Counted from the first letter of the stretch, positions 19,574-31,159 are shown. The stretch: DNA of 64,000 bases from an uncultured Acidobacteriota bacterium (GCA_963764715.1 CAVXTP010000022.1:1-64000); one strand, 5' to 3'. A program made the numbers and translations. Notes: generated from the letters alone by a model not told the origin.

Positions 19574-21754
19574 ATGCTAGCAGAGTCGAAAAGGCGCGGG
19601 GCGGCGGCCGCCCTCGCCGCGGCATTGGCTGTCACGGGGGGCCTCGCGGGCTGCCGCCGGGAGGCCGGGACCGTGTTCCGCGGGGCCCCGGTCGTGCTCA
19701 TCTCCGTCGACACGCTGCGGGCCGACCACCTGCCGGCCTACGGCTACCGGTCGGTCGACACGCCGAACCTCGACGCCTTCCGCCGCGACGCCGTGCTCTT
19801 CGAGAACGCGTATTCGCACGTTCCGCTGACGCTGCCGTCCCACACGACGATCTTCACGGGCCTGCTGCCGCCCCAGAACGGCGTGCGGGACAACCTGGGC
19901 TACGCGCTCTCGGCCGGGCCGGCCACGCTCGCCGGCTACCTCAAGTCCCGGGGCTACGCGACGGGCGGCGCGGTCTCCTCGATCGTCCTCTCGCACGCCA
20001 CCGGGATCGCGCGGGGCTTCGACTTCTACGAGGACAACGTCGAGCCGACGAAGGCGAGCCAGACGCTGTCCCGCGTCCAGCGCCACGGCGGGGAGACCGC
20101 GGCCCTGCTCGAGGACTGGATCGGCCCGCGGGCCGACGCGCCGTTCTTCGCGTTCCTCCATCTCTTCGAGCCCCACTCGCCGTACGAGCCGCCGGAGCCC
20201 TACGCCAGCCGGTACAAGCTGCCCTACGACGGCGAGATCGCGCGCGCCGACGAGATCGTCGGCTCGTTCCTGAAGTACCTCAAGGACCAGGACGTCTACG
20301 ACCGCGCCCTCGTCATCTTCCTGTCGGACCACGGCGAGGGGCTGAACGACCACGGCGAGGACGAGCACGGCGTTCTCCTCTACCGCGAGGCGATCCACGT
20401 TCCGCTGATGATCAAGCTGCCGCGCTCGCGGCGAGCCGGCGAGAGCGTGACGGCGCCGGTGGCGCTCACCGACGTCTTCCCGACCGTGGCCGCCGTCGCG
20501 AGCCTCGAGGTCCCGCCGGGCCTCGCCGGTCGGCCGCTCCTGGCGTCGCCGCCCGCGCCGGACGCCGCCGCGCGCCGCGTCTACGGGGAGACGCTCTACC
20601 CGCGCCTGCACCTGGGCTGGAGCGATCTCGCTTCGCTCGTGGACGCGGGCCACCAGTACATCGAGTCTCCCCGGCCCGAGCTCTACGACCTCGTCGCCGA
20701 CCCGCGCGAGAAGAACGACCTCTCGGCGGGCCTGCCCCCGGCCTTCCGGTCCATGCGGGCGGAGCTCGCGCGGATTCCGCGGCCGCTTCAGCCGCCGGGC
20801 GGCTCGGATCCCGAGCAGGTCAAGAAGCTCGCCGCGCTCGGCTACATCAGCGCCTCGACCGCCGACTTCGCGAAGAGGGACCTTCCCGCGCCGCGCGACC
20901 GCATCGCCGCCGTCGAGCAGCTCAAGGCGGGGTTCACCGCCCTCCAGGCCGGGCGCTACGCGGAGGCCGCGAAGATCCTGTCGAAGCTCCTCCAGTCGGA
21001 GCCCGGCATGACGGACGTCTGGCAGATGTACTCGGACGCCCTCATGAAGCTCGGCCGGGAGAAGGAGGCCCTCGAGGCCCTGCAGACCGCGGCGAAGCTC
21101 GCCCCCGGAAATCCCCAGATCCTCATGGCCCTCGCCGACTACTTCACGGTCACGGGCGACTTCGCCCAGGCGCGCCGGCACGCCGAGCTCCTCGGCGAGG
21201 CCGGAACGGCGAGCGGGCACGAGAACCTCGCCCGGATCGCGCTCGCCGAAGGGGACCTCGCCACCGCCGAGCGCGAGGCCCGCGCCGCCCTCGAGCGGTA
21301 TCCGTCGCGCCGGGTCCCGCGGATGATCCTCGGGCGCGCCCTGCACGACCGCCGCGACTATCGCGGCGCCCTGATGGAGCTCGACGAGGCCGCGCGGCCG
21401 CGGGCGGGCGAGGGCGCCGTGACGCTCCAGAACCTCCAGTACCTCCGCGGCGACTGCCTGGCGCGCCTCGGCCGCGCGCCGGAGGCGGAGGCCGCCTTTC
21501 GCGAGGAGATCCACCTCTATCCCGGGAGCCCCGCGCCGCGCGCCGCGCTGGCGATGCTCTATGCGAGCGAGGGGCGCGAGGCGGAGGCCCGGCAGGCCCT
21601 CACGGATCTCGTCCAGAAGCTCGGCACGCCCGAGGCCTACTTCGCGGCCAGCCAGACCTACGAGATCCTCGGCGACGCGATCACCGCGGCGCGCCTGCGC
21701 GTCGAGGCCAAGCGGCTCTTCCCGACGGCCCGGGAGAGGAAGGCGGCCGGCTGA
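19574..21754 (+). CDS. Sulfatase-like hydrolase/transferase lipoprotein with TPR C-terminus
   Basis: LAGC lipobox; DTLRADHL, TLPSH, HLFEPH and SDHGE motifs; start uncertain (19565 or 19574). Confidence 0.85.
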   Translation: MLAESKRRGAAAALAAALAVTGGLAGCRREAGTVFRGAPVVLISVDTLRADHLPAYGYRSVDTPNLDAFRRDAVLFENAYSHVPLTLPSHTTIFTGLLPPQNGVRDNLGYALSAGPATLAGYLKSRGYATGGAVSSIVLSHATGIARGFDFYEDNVEPTKASQTLSRVQRHGGETAALLEDWIGPRADAPFFAFLHLFEPHSPYEPPEPYASRYKLPYDGEIARADEIVGSFLKYLKDQDVYDRALVIFLSDHGEGLNDHGEDEHGVLLYREAIHVPLMIKLPRSRRAGESVTAPVALTDVFPTVAAVASLEVPPGLAGRPLLASPPAPDAAARRVYGETLYPRLHLGWSDLASLVDAGHQYIESPRPELYDLVADPREKNDLSAGLPPAFRSMRAELARIPRPLQPPGGSDPEQVKKLAALGYISASTADFAKRDLPAPRDRIAAVEQLKAGFTALQAGRYAEAAKILSKLLQSEPGMTDVWQMYSDALMKLGREKEALEALQTAAKLAPGNPQILMALADYFTVTGDFAQARRHAELLGEAGTASGHENLARIALAEGDLATAEREARAALERYPSRRVPRMILGRALHDRRDYRGALMELDEAARPRAGEGAVTLQNLQYLRGDCLARLGRAPEAEAAFREEIHLYPGSPAPRAALAMLYASEGREAEARQALTDLVQKLGTPEAYFAASQTYEILGDAITAARLRVEAKRLFPTARERKAAG

Positions 21755-21793
21755 GCGACCTCCGAAAGACCCCCCGCCCTGCCGAGCCCCGGT

Positions 21794-21847
21794 CGTAGGG
21801 GAGGGGCTTGTCCCCTCCCCGGGGCCGCCGCGAGGGCCGCCCCTACG
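21794..21847. repeat. REP doublet (GTAG-type palindromes)
   Basis: CGTAGGGGAGGGGCTTGTCCCCTCCCC followed by inverted CGTAGGGGCGGCCCTCGCGGCGGCCCC, between convergent genes. Confidence 0.75.
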
Positions 21848-23372
21848 AAGATCTCAAGTCTCTTCCCTTCATCTCCGGCGGCGCGTCCAGGCCCTGGAGC
21901 CCGAGCAGCGTCGGCGCGACGTCCGCGAGCGTCCCCCCGGCCGCGAGCGCGGGCCCCGGCGTGCAGACGATGAAGGGCACCGGGTTGGTCGTGTGCGCCG
22001 TGTGCGGCTCTCCCGTGACGGGATCCAGCATCTGCTCGGCGTTGCCGTGGTCGGCGGTCATCGCCAGCACCACGCCCGCGTCGCGGCAGGCCGCTTCGAG
22101 GATCCCGAGGCAGCGGTCGAGCGTCTCGACGGCGGCGATCGTCTCCGGGAGCTTGCCCGTGTGGCCGACCATGTCGGCGTTGGCGAAGTTGACGACGTAG
22201 GCGCCGTGGCGGCGCGCGGCGAGCGCCCGCACGGCTTCCTCGGTGATCTCCGCCGCGCTCATCTGCGGGTGGAGGTCGTAGGTCGCCCCCTTCCAGGAAG
22301 GGACGAGGATCCGCTCCTCTCCGGGGTAGGCGGTCTCGATGCCGCCGTTGAAGAAGTAGGTCACGTGCGCGTATTTCTCGGTCTCCGCCAGCCGCAGGTT
22401 CTCGACGCCGGCCGCGGCCCAGACGTCGGCGAGGATGTGGACGAGGTCCTGGGGCGGAAACGCCGCCGGCAGGCCGAAGTCCTTCTTGTATTCGGTGAAG
22501 CCGACGAAGTGAATGCGGGGCGGTTTCGGCCGCGGAAAGTCCGCGAACGCCGGGTCCGTCAGCGCCCGGGTGATCTGCCTTGCGCGGTCCGCGCGGAAGT
22601 CGAAGAAGACCACGGCGTCGCCGTCGCGGATCGGGCCGACCGGCTCGCCGTCCTCGAGGAGGACCGTCGGCTGGATGAACTCGTCGGTTTCCCCGCGGGC
22701 GTAGGCCTCGGCGACCGCCTCGGCGGCGCTTCCCGCCCGCAGGCCCGACGAGAACACGAGGGCCGCGTAGGCGCGGGCGACGCGGTCCCACCGCTTGTCG
22801 CGGTCCATGGCGTAGTAGCGGCCGGAGACCGTCGCGATCTTCGTGGTCGCCGGATCCATCACCTTTTCGAGCCGTGCGAGGTAACGCTCGGCGGACTTCG
22901 GGGGAGTGTCTCGTCCGTCCGTGAAGGCGTGGATGCGGACGCGCGGCACCCCCTCCCGCGCGGCCAGCCGCAGGAGCCCCTCGAGGTGGCGCTCGTGCGA
23001 GTGGACGCCCCCGTCCGAGAGGAGGCCCATGACGTGGAGCGTCGCACCGCGGCGCTTGCCGGCGGCGCAGGCCTCGCGCAGCGCGGGATTCTCGTCGAAC
23101 GAGCCATCGCGCAGCGCGAGGTCGATCCGCAAGAGGTCCTGCGGAACCATGCGGCCCGCGCCGAGCGTCAGGTGGCCGACCTCCGAGTTGCCCATCACTC
23201 CGGCCGGGAGCCCCACGGCCTCGCCGGAGGCCTCGAGGAGCGTCCAGGGATACTCGGCGAGCCACCGGTCGTAGATCGGCGTGCGGGCCAGCGTGATGGC
23301 GTTGCCGGGCGAGGGCGGCGCGTGGCCCCAGCCGTCGCAGACGAGGAGGAAGACCGGCTTCGTCTTCTTCAA
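21843..23372 (-). CDS. gpmI: 2,3-bisphosphoglycerate-independent phosphoglycerate mutase
   Basis: DGWG, MGNSEVGH, SGRYYAMDRD, AETEKYAHVT and NADMVGHTG motifs; TTGA overlap with upstream stop. Confidence 0.96.
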   Translation of the reverse strand: MKKTKPVFLLVCDGWGHAPPSPGNAITLARTPIYDRWLAEYPWTLLEASGEAVGLPAGVMGNSEVGHLTLGAGRMVPQDLLRIDLALRDGSFDENPALREACAAGKRRGATLHVMGLLSDGGVHSHERHLEGLLRLAAREGVPRVRIHAFTDGRDTPPKSAERYLARLEKVMDPATTKIATVSGRYYAMDRDKRWDRVARAYAALVFSSGLRAGSAAEAVAEAYARGETDEFIQPTVLLEDGEPVGPIRDGDAVVFFDFRADRARQITRALTDPAFADFPRPKPPRIHFVGFTEYKKDFGLPAAFPPQDLVHILADVWAAAGVENLRLAETEKYAHVTYFFNGGIETAYPGEERILVPSWKGATYDLHPQMSAAEITEEAVRALAARRHGAYVVNFANADMVGHTGKLPETIAAVETLDRCLGILEAACRDAGVVLAMTADHGNAEQMLDPVTGEPHTAHTTNPVPFIVCTPGPALAAGGTLADVAPTLLGLQGLDAPPEMKGRDLRSS

Positions 23373-24595
23373 AGGCGGGCGGTCGCCCGGCCGGGCGCGG
23401 CCGTGGCGGAGGGCCGGCGGGCCGGGCGCGGGAGGCGCCGCTCGAGGTCCGACAGCACGTGCATGAAGGCAATGTACGCCTCGTACGGCGATTCGTGGGG
23501 CGAGAAATACGCGTGCACCTCGCCGTCCTCGGCGGCCTTGGTCGCCATGTAATAGAAGTGGTCCGAGGTCGTGAGACGGCGGAAGTCCGACAGAATCTCG
23601 GCCGAGCCCGCCGCCCGGACCCGGGACTCGAGCGCGAAGAGCCGCTTCAGGGCGTCGCGCTGGAGGTCGTTGCCCTGCCAGGCGGAGACGTCCCGGGCCT
23701 CGTCGGCCCAGGACAGCAGGCGCGGCGAGGACAGCCGGTCGCCGGGCGGCCCAGTCGCGATCGCCCGCGAGGGCGTCAGGAACCCGTCGCCCGGGTGCGC
23801 GAGGTGCCGGGCGACCCATTCCTCGAAGAAGTCGAAGATGCCGGTCTCCCGGTCCTGGTGCTCGCCGAACGTCTCGAAGTCCATGAAGAGCGAGAGGAGG
23901 CTGCCGTCGAGCGGCGCGATCCAGCGGTCGTACTTCTCGGGCGTCAGCGGCCACTCGCTCCAGGAACGGTTGGAGAAGCGGAACGCGATGTCGTCGGACA
24001 GGCGGTAGTCCCGCAGGAGCAGGGGCAGGCCGCCGGGCGTCGCGGCCCGGAAGACCCCGCGGGCCGAGCGCGGTCCCGTCAAGGGCTCGACGCCGTCGGC
24101 GAGCACGCCGCGGTATCCCTGCGCCTCCAGGCGCGCCGCCAGGGCGTCGGAGTAGATGAGCTCGGTATTGCGGAAGACCCGCGGCTCCCGGCCGAACGTC
24201 TCCGCGATCGCGGCCCGGTGGAGGGCGACCTGGGCGTCGAACTCCTCGAGCGACGCGAGCCAGGCGAGCGAGTGGTGGGAAGTCTCCGCGAGGATCTCGA
24301 CGCGCTCGTCGGCCGCGAGCCGGCGAAAGGCGGCGAGAACGTCGGGTGACCAGGCCGAGAGCTGCTCGAGGAGCGTCCCCGAGAACGAGAAGGCCACCGC
24401 GAAGCGCGGGTGGCGCGCGAGCAGCCGCTCGAGCATCGCGGTCGCGGGCCGGTACGAGCGCTCGGCGACGCGCGACAGGATCGCCCGGTTCGCCCCGTCG
24501 TCGAAGTAGCGGTGCTCGCGGCCGACGTCGAAGTACGTATACCGGCGCAGGCGGTGCGGCTGGTGGACCTGGAAGTAGAGACAGACCGGAATCAT
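23369..24595 (-). CDS. Glycoside hydrolase family 57 (alpha-amylase-like)
   Basis: YFQVHQP, FRNTELIY, FMDFETFGEH and TSDHFYYM motifs. Confidence 0.92.
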   Translation of the reverse strand: MIPVCLYFQVHQPHRLRRYTYFDVGREHRYFDDGANRAILSRVAERSYRPATAMLERLLARHPRFAVAFSFSGTLLEQLSAWSPDVLAAFRRLAADERVEILAETSHHSLAWLASLEEFDAQVALHRAAIAETFGREPRVFRNTELIYSDALAARLEAQGYRGVLADGVEPLTGPRSARGVFRAATPGGLPLLLRDYRLSDDIAFRFSNRSWSEWPLTPEKYDRWIAPLDGSLLSLFMDFETFGEHQDRETGIFDFFEEWVARHLAHPGDGFLTPSRAIATGPPGDRLSSPRLLSWADEARDVSAWQGNDLQRDALKRLFALESRVRAAGSAEILSDFRRLTTSDHFYYMATKAAEDGEVHAYFSPHESPYEAYIAFMHVLSDLERRLPRPARRPSATAAPGRATARL

Positions 24596-24605
24596 CGGGC
24601 GGGCC

Positions 24606-25847
24606 TCATTCTGCCACCACCTCGCCGTAGATCGTCCGGCAGCGCCACGCAGCTTCGCGCCACGAGAGGCGCTCGACCTCCGCGCGGCCACGCGTCGAGA
24701 GCGCGTGGGAGAGCGGCGGGAACAGAAGGACCGAGAGGATCTTGGAGGCGAGGTCCTCGACGTCGCCGAAGCGGACGCGCAGGACGTGGCGGACGACCTC
24801 GGAGACGCCGGCCGAGCGGGAGACGATGACCGGCGTGCCGTGCTGGAGGGCCTCGAGCGCCGTGAGGCCGAAGGGCTCCGACACCGAGGGCATCACGTAC
24901 ACGTCGGCCCGGGCGTACAGGCGGTCGAGCTCCTCGGGCGGCAGGAACCCGGTGAAGAGGAACCGGTCCTCGAGGCCGGCGTCGGCCACCCGCTGCATCA
25001 TGGGTCGCAGGCGATCGCCGGCGCCGGCCACGGCGAACCGGACGCCGGGCATCTCCGCCGCGACGCGGGCGGCGGCCTCGACGAAGTAGTCGGGTCCCTT
25101 CTGCCACGTGATCCGGCCGGCGAAGAGCACCAGCGGCTCGTCCTCCGCGACGGTCCAGCGGGGCCGCCGGGCGCGGGCGTCGATCGCGTTGTGGACGACC
25201 CGCAGCTTGTCGCCGGGAACGCCGTACCGGGTGGCCAGGACGTCGGCCGTGTACGCGGACACGGCGACCACCCGGTCGGCCGCCGCGAGGCCGGCCCGCT
25301 CGACCCCCGCGACGAAACCGCCGTCGACCTGGCCCGAGCGGTCGTACTCGGTGGCGTGCACGTGCAGGACGAGGGGCTTGCCGCTCGAGCGCTTCGCGCG
25401 CATCCCCGCCATGAAGGTCAGCCAGTCGTGCGCGTGGATGACGTCGAAGGACTCGCGGGCCGCGATGCGCGCCGCCTCCTCGGCGTAGCGCAGCACCTCC
25501 GCATGAAGGTCCGGTCCGTAGAGGCCCGGACCGCCGGCCGCGCCGCGGGAGAGCGCGAGGATCTCCTCTTCGTAGATCTCCTCGGTGACGTAGGGCTTCA
25601 GGAGCGTCCGGATGCGCCGGACGCGCAGCCGCAGTCGCCGGGTCTTCGGCGCCCGTGCGCGGCTCTCGCCGGAGCGGCCGGCCGTGAGGATGCGCAGCCG
25701 CGGCGAGAAGCTCGGGACGCGGCGCGGCAGCACCAGGGAGACCTCGGTCGAGAGCTCCAGGAGGCCCCGCACCAGCCCCTCGCAGGCCACGCCGAGGCCT
25801 CCCGAGACGTACGGGGGGAACTCCCAGCCGAACATGAGGACCTTCAT
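24606..25847 (-). CDS. Glycosyltransferase family 4
   Basis: FGWEFPP..SGGLG, HAHDWLT and MPSVSEPFG motifs. Confidence 0.93.
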   Translation of the reverse strand: MKVLMFGWEFPPYVSGGLGVACEGLVRGLLELSTEVSLVLPRRVPSFSPRLRILTAGRSGESRARAPKTRRLRLRVRRIRTLLKPYVTEEIYEEEILALSRGAAGGPGLYGPDLHAEVLRYAEEAARIAARESFDVIHAHDWLTFMAGMRAKRSSGKPLVLHVHATEYDRSGQVDGGFVAGVERAGLAAADRVVAVSAYTADVLATRYGVPGDKLRVVHNAIDARARRPRWTVAEDEPLVLFAGRITWQKGPDYFVEAAARVAAEMPGVRFAVAGAGDRLRPMMQRVADAGLEDRFLFTGFLPPEELDRLYARADVYVMPSVSEPFGLTALEALQHGTPVIVSRSAGVSEVVRHVLRVRFGDVEDLASKILSVLLFPPLSHALSTRGRAEVERLSWREAAWRCRTIYGEVVAE

Positions 25848-25874
25848 GGAGCGGTCAGGAGGCTCGCCCGTTCC

Positions 25875-27863
25875 TCATTCCCCTCCGCGCATGTGCGTGT
25901 AGAGGACCCGCGCGATCTCGCCCTCGGCCCAGGCCGAGGCGAAGCAGCCGCGCGGCGTGTGCGGCGGATCGCCGTCGAACATCTCCGCCACGTGCCCGAG
26001 CCCGGCCTCCCGCACGTGCGCGCGCAGCGGCGCGAGCAGGGCCCGCATCGTCCGGCGCGACTGCTCGGTGTTGCCGAAGACCCGGAAGTGGGCGTCGGCG
26101 AAAGCCCCCATCAGCCAGGGCCACACCGTTCCCTGGTGCATGGCCGAGAGCCGGGAGCGCTCGTCGCCCGTGCACTCGCCGCGGTAGCGGGGGTCCTCCG
26201 GATCCAGCGTGCGCAGGCCGAAGGGCGTCAGGAGATGGCGCCGCACGCTCCAGTAGACCGACCGCGCGCGGTGCGGCGGGAGCAGGTCGTCGGTCAGCGC
26301 GACGGCGAAGATCTGGTTCGGCCGCACGCTCGGGTCCGGGCCGAAGTCCCCGACGACGTCGTAGAGGCAGCCCTTCTCGGCCCACCAGAAGGTCTCGTTG
26401 AACCGCCGCGCCAGGTGCCAGGCCTCCGACTCGAGCTCGCGCGCCCGCCCGGTTTCCCCGGCGAGCCGCTCGAGCCGGGCCGCGGCCTTGAGGGCGGCGT
26501 GCCAGAGGGCGTTGACCTCGACCGGGCGGCCGGCGCGCGGCGTCACGGCCTGGCCGTCGAGGACCGCGTCCATCCAGGTCAGGGGCCGCCGGGGCGAGTC
26601 GCCGGCGAGCAGCCCGTCCGGCCCGACCCCGATGTGCGAGCGGGTTCCCCGCCGGTACGCCTCGACGATCGCGCGCACCGCGCCGAGGAACGGGGACGGC
26701 CGGGACGGGTTGCGCCGGGCGCGCGAAAACCACTCGACCGCGAGGATGAACCAGAGGGAGGCGTCGATCGAGTCGTACTCGGGCTGGGCGGCGTCGCCGT
26801 CGTAGTGGCCCGGGATGAGGCCGTCGCGCTGGTCGGCGCCGAACGTGTTGAGCACGCGCGCGAGCGTGCCGGCGCGTCCCTGGGCGAGCGCCAGCCCGGG
26901 CGCCGCGACCATGGCCTGCCGGCCCCAGTCGGTCAGCCACGGGTATCCCGCGAGCACCGTGGTCCGCCGGTGGTCGGCCTCGGCGACGAACGCCTCGGAG
27001 CGCCGGGCGAGCTCGTCGAAGACGGAGTCGCCGGTCGGGGCAAACTCCTGCCGGCGCTTTCGCTCCGCGTCGAGGAATCCGTCGGGGTCGCCCGCGACCT
27101 CGTCGAGCGAGAACAGCGCGAAGGCCTGGGCGTCGGGGCGGAGCGTCCACTCCCACTCGAGCGGGCTCCAGAGGTCCTCCTCGCAGTCGTAGCCCCGCGC
27201 CGCCTCCTCGGCGTAGCGGAAGCGCCGGTACCACGCCGGGTCGCTCCGCGTCGCGGCGAAGACGCCGCGGAGGAACAGCCGGGGAAGGTAGGGGAGCGGC
27301 TTGACCCAGGACGTCTCCCCGCGGATCTCGACGGATGCGTCCCAGTCGGCCGTCTCGGTCTGCAGGCGATGCAGCCCGCGGAACGCCAGGAGCGGCCGCA
27401 CGCGCAGCGTCAGCTCCGAGGCGCCGCGATTGACCCAGCGGACGATCGTGACCGCGCGGTCGCGGACGAGGCAGAGCGAGCGCTCGACGGCGAAGTCCGC
27501 GCTCTCGTGGCGCCAGGTCGGGAACGGCTCGAGCCGGAAGCGGGTGAGGTTATTCATCCCCTCGGGATGAAAGATGTCGTGGTACTCCTGCGTCGAGATG
27601 CCGGTCGTGCGGCCGCGCGCCGTGACGAACTCGTCGCAACCCGAGACCAGCAACCAGCGGCGCCGGGGCGGCGGGATGGCCGGGACGTGCCACCCGTGGT
27701 AACGGCGGCTCCGCGGTCCGGCCACCGTGCCGCACGCGAAGCCCCCGAGGCCGTCGGTCTCGAGCCATTCCATGGAGAGCGCCCGGTCGGAGAGGTCTCC
27801 GCCGGACCACTCGAGCGGATTTCGGGCGCCGCGCGGGGCGGTCACGGATTCTTCGATCTTCAC
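25875..27863 (-). CDS. Glycogen debranching enzyme / amylo-alpha-1,6-glucosidase
   Basis: EWLETDGLGGFA, AGYPW, LTWMDA, VEVNALW, RPNQIFA and HQGTVWPWL motifs; start uncertain. Confidence 0.9.
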   Translation of the reverse strand: MKIEESVTAPRGARNPLEWSGGDLSDRALSMEWLETDGLGGFACGTVAGPRSRRYHGWHVPAIPPPRRRWLLVSGCDEFVTARGRTTGISTQEYHDIFHPEGMNNLTRFRLEPFPTWRHESADFAVERSLCLVRDRAVTIVRWVNRGASELTLRVRPLLAFRGLHRLQTETADWDASVEIRGETSWVKPLPYLPRLFLRGVFAATRSDPAWYRRFRYAEEAARGYDCEEDLWSPLEWEWTLRPDAQAFALFSLDEVAGDPDGFLDAERKRRQEFAPTGDSVFDELARRSEAFVAEADHRRTTVLAGYPWLTDWGRQAMVAAPGLALAQGRAGTLARVLNTFGADQRDGLIPGHYDGDAAQPEYDSIDASLWFILAVEWFSRARRNPSRPSPFLGAVRAIVEAYRRGTRSHIGVGPDGLLAGDSPRRPLTWMDAVLDGQAVTPRAGRPVEVNALWHAALKAAARLERLAGETGRARELESEAWHLARRFNETFWWAEKGCLYDVVGDFGPDPSVRPNQIFAVALTDDLLPPHRARSVYWSVRRHLLTPFGLRTLDPEDPRYRGECTGDERSRLSAMHQGTVWPWLMGAFADAHFRVFGNTEQSRRTMRALLAPLRAHVREAGLGHVAEMFDGDPPHTPRGCFASAWAEGEIARVLYTHMRGGE

Positions 27864-27988
27864 AGGAGTCGGGCCCTCGCGCCCCGATTCTCTCTCAGAA
27901 CGAGCCGAGGGTTTCGCTCCCGGCGAACCGGCCGGATCGTGCACGCCGCTTCCCACCCGCGTAATAAGATCCGGCCGAGGAGGTCCGC

Positions 27989-30013
27989 TTGACCACTGCC
28001 GCGAAGTCTCTCGAAGAGCTCGCGATCGACACGATTCGGACCCTGTCGATCGATACCGTTCAGAAAGCCAACTCCGGCCATCCCGGCCTGCCGCTCGGAG
28101 CCGCCCCGATGGCCTACGTCCTCTGGCACCGGCACCTCGCGCACAATCCCCGGAATCCGCACTGGCCGGACCGCGATCGGTTCGTGCTGTCGGCCGGCCA
28201 CGGGTCGGCGCTCCTCTACAGCTTGCTGCACCTGACGGGCTACGACCTTTCCCTCGACGACCTCAAGGCCTTCCGCCAGTGGGGCAGCCGCACGCCGGGG
28301 CATCCCGAGGTGCACCTGACCCCGGGCGTCGAGGCGACCACGGGCCCCCTCGGCCAGGGGACGGCCAACGCGGTCGGCATGGCGATCGCGGAGCGGTTCC
28401 TGGCCCACCGATTCAACCGTCCCGGCCACGAGATCGTCTCCCACCGGACCTTCTGCCTCGTCGGCGACGGCGACCTGATGGAGGGCATCTCCGGGGAGGC
28501 CGCCTCGCTCGCCGGCCACCTGAAGCTCGGCAAGCTCGTCTACCTCTACGACGACAACCACGTCACGCTCGACGGCCCGGCGCAGCAGAGCTTCACCGAG
28601 GACGTTCTCGCGCGCTACGCGGCCTACGGCTGGCAGGTGCTGCGCGTCGAGAACGGCAATACCGACCTCGAGGGAATCGACCGCGCGATCGCGACCGCGG
28701 TGTCGCAGGAGGAGCGGCCGACGATCATCGCCGTTCGCACCACGATCGGCTACGGCTCGCCCCACAAGGCCGGGACCAACGCTGCTCACGGGAGCCCGCT
28801 CGGCGCCGAAGAGGTCGCGCTGACGAAGAAGGCGCTGGGCTGGGAGTGGACGGACGCGTTCCACGTGCCGAAGGAGGCCCTCGAGCACCTGCGCTCGGCG
28901 GTCGCCCGCGGCGAGAAGGCCGAGGCCGCGTGGCTGCAGCGCTTCGAGGCCTGGGCGAAGGAGTACCCGGACCTCGCCGAGGAGTGGCGGGCGGACGCGA
29001 AGGGCGCGCTGCCGAAGGGCTGGGACGCCGACCTGCCGAAGTGGAAGGCGGGGGAGTCCCTCGCGACCCGCGTCGCGTCGGGAAAGGCGATCAATGCGAT
29101 CGCGAAGCACGTGCCGGCGCTTCTCGGCGGCGACGCGGACCTCGCCGAGTCGACCAAGACCCACATCGACGGCGCCGCCGAGTTCGACGGCCGGACCGGC
29201 GACGGGAACAACATCCACTACGGCGTCCGCGAGCACGCGATGGCGGCGATCGCCAACGGCATGGCCTGCCACGGGGGAGTGCGCCCCTTCGTCGCCACGT
29301 TCTTCTGCTTCTCCGACTACATGCGCCCGTCGATCCGCCTCGCGGCCCTTTCGCATCTCTCGACGATCTTCGTCTGGACGCACGACTCGATCGGGCTCGG
29401 CGAGGACGGCCCGACGCACCAGGCGGTCGAGCAGCTCATGTCGCTCCGGGCGATGCCGCACTTCGCGATCCTCCGTCCGGGCGACGCGAACGAGACCGCC
29501 GAGGCCTGGCGGGCCGCGATCGAGCACCGCGAGGGGGCCGTGGGCCTCGTGCTCTGCCGCCAGAACGTGCCGGTCCTCGACCGGTCCGGCGCGAAGGGCG
29601 ACGTATCGCGGGGCGCCTACATCCTCGCCGAGGCGTCGGGCGGGAAACCGCGCCTGATCCTGATCGCCACGGGCTCCGAGCTGCAGCTGGCGGTCGCGGC
29701 GCGCCCGAAGCTCGAGGCCGAGGGCATCCCGACGCGCGTCGTCTCGATGCCGTGCTGGGAGTTCTTCGAAGCGCAGCCCCGGGAGTACCGCGACGAGGTC
29801 CTTCCGCCGGACGTCCGGTCGAGGCTATCGATCGAGGCCGGGGTGACGCTCGGCTGGGAGCGTTGGGTCGGCGACCACGGCGGATCGATCGGCGTCGATC
29901 GCTACGGCGCTTCGGCGCCGGGCGAGATCGTGATGAAGGAATACGGATTCACCGTCGAGCACGTCGTGAAGTACGCGCACGGGGTGCTCGGCAGGCAAGG
30001 AGGCAGGGCATGA
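27989..30013 (+). CDS. tkt: Transketolase
   Basis: [21 protein letters not shown] and [10 protein letters not shown] motifs. Confidence 0.97.
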   Translation: MTTAAKSLEELAIDTIRTLSIDTVQKANSGHPGLPLGAAPMAYVLWHRHLAHNPRNPHWPDRDRFVLSAGHGSALLYSLLHLTGYDLSLDDLKAFRQWGSRTPGHPEVHLTPGVEATTGPLGQGTANAVGMAIAERFLAHRFNRPGHEIVSHRTFCLVGDGDLMEGISGEAASLAGHLKLGKLVYLYDDNHVTLDGPAQQSFTEDVLARYAAYGWQVLRVENGNTDLEGIDRAIATAVSQEERPTIIAVRTTIGYGSPHKAGTNAAHGSPLGAEEVALTKKALGWEWTDAFHVPKEALEHLRSAVARGEKAEAAWLQRFEAWAKEYPDLAEEWRADAKGALPKGWDADLPKWKAGESLATRVASGKAINAIAKHVPALLGGDADLAESTKTHIDGAAEFDGRTGDGNNIHYGVREHAMAAIANGMACHGGVRPFVATFFCFSDYMRPSIRLAALSHLSTIFVWTHDSIGLGEDGPTHQAVEQLMSLRAMPHFAILRPGDANETAEAWRAAIEHREGAVGLVLCRQNVPVLDRSGAKGDVSRGAYILAEASGGKPRLILIATGSELQLAVAARPKLEAEGIPTRVVSMPCWEFFEAQPREYRDEVLPPDVRSRLSIEAGVTLGWERWVGDHGGSIGVDRYGASAPGEIVMKEYGFTVEHVVKYAHGVLGRQGGRA

Positions 30014-31125
30014 GCACGAATCCTCTGAAGCGGCTGGGAGAGCTCGGCCAGAGCGTCTGGTACGACTACATCCGGCGGGACCTCTACACCGGTCCGGGAC
30101 TGAAGAAGCTGATCGCGGAGGACGGCCTGCGCGGCATGACGTCCAACCCGACGATCTTCCAGAACGCCATCGCCAAGAGCACTCTCTACGACGAGGTCAT
30201 CGGCGGCGCCGCCGGGCAGCCGCCGGCCGCCATCTACGAGAGCCTCGCGGTGGCGGACGTCTCCGCGGCGGCCGACCAGTTCCGCCCGGTCTTCGACGCG
30301 AGCGGCGGGGAGGACGGCTTCGTCTCGATCGAGGTCGCGCCGCGTCTCGCCCGCGACACGCAGGGCACGATCGCCGAGGCCCACCGCCTGTGGGACCGGT
30401 GCAAGCGGCCCAACGTCATGGTCAAGATCCCGGGGACGGCCCAGGGCGTCCCGGCGATCCGCCAGTGCCTTTCCGACGGCCTCAACATCAACGTCACGCT
30501 CCTCTTCGGCGTTCCCCGGTACCGCGAGGTCATGGACGCCTACCTCTCCGCGCTCGAGGACCGGGTCAAGCGAGGCGAGGCGATCGACCGGATCCGCTCG
30601 GTCGCGAGCTTCTTCGTGTCGCGCGTCGACACCAACGTCGACGGCAAGCTCGACGCCCTGACGAAGGCCGGCAACCCGGACGCGAAGACCTGGCGGGCGA
30701 AGCTCGGCGTCGCCAACGCGCGGATCGCGTACGCGGCCTTCGAGGAGGTCTTCGGCGGGGCGCGGTTCGCGGCGCTGAAGGCCAGGGGCGCCCGCGTCCA
30801 GCGGCCCCTCTGGGCGTCGACCTCGACCAAGGACAAGTCGCTCCCCGACGTCTACTACGTCGAGGCGCTGATCGCGCCGCAGTCGGTCGACACGATCCCG
30901 CCCGAGACCTTCGAGGCCTACCGGGACCACGGCGACCCGAAGGTCCGCATCCACGACGACCTCGAGGCCGCCCGCGCCGCCTTCCGGGCCCTGCCGGACC
31001 TCAAGATCGACTTCGGCCAGGTCGTCCAGGAGCTCGAGGACGAGGGCGTCAAGAAGTTCTCGGACTCCTACGACGCTCTCCTCCAGGCGATCGAGGAGAA
31101 GGAGAAGTCGATGAGGGTGGCGTGA
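30010..31125 (+). CDS. tal: Transaldolase (type 2)
   Basis: [27 protein letters not shown] and RPLWAST motifs. Confidence 0.95.
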   Translation: MSTNPLKRLGELGQSVWYDYIRRDLYTGPGLKKLIAEDGLRGMTSNPTIFQNAIAKSTLYDEVIGGAAGQPPAAIYESLAVADVSAAADQFRPVFDASGGEDGFVSIEVAPRLARDTQGTIAEAHRLWDRCKRPNVMVKIPGTAQGVPAIRQCLSDGLNINVTLLFGVPRYREVMDAYLSALEDRVKRGEAIDRIRSVASFFVSRVDTNVDGKLDALTKAGNPDAKTWRAKLGVANARIAYAAFEEVFGGARFAALKARGARVQRPLWASTSTKDKSLPDVYYVEALIAPQSVDTIPPETFEAYRDHGDPKVRIHDDLEAARAAFRALPDLKIDFGQVVQELEDEGVKKFSDSYDALLQAIEEKEKSMRVA

Positions 31126-31159
31126 TCGGGGCCCCGGGGCATCTCGGACTATCGCGCGC

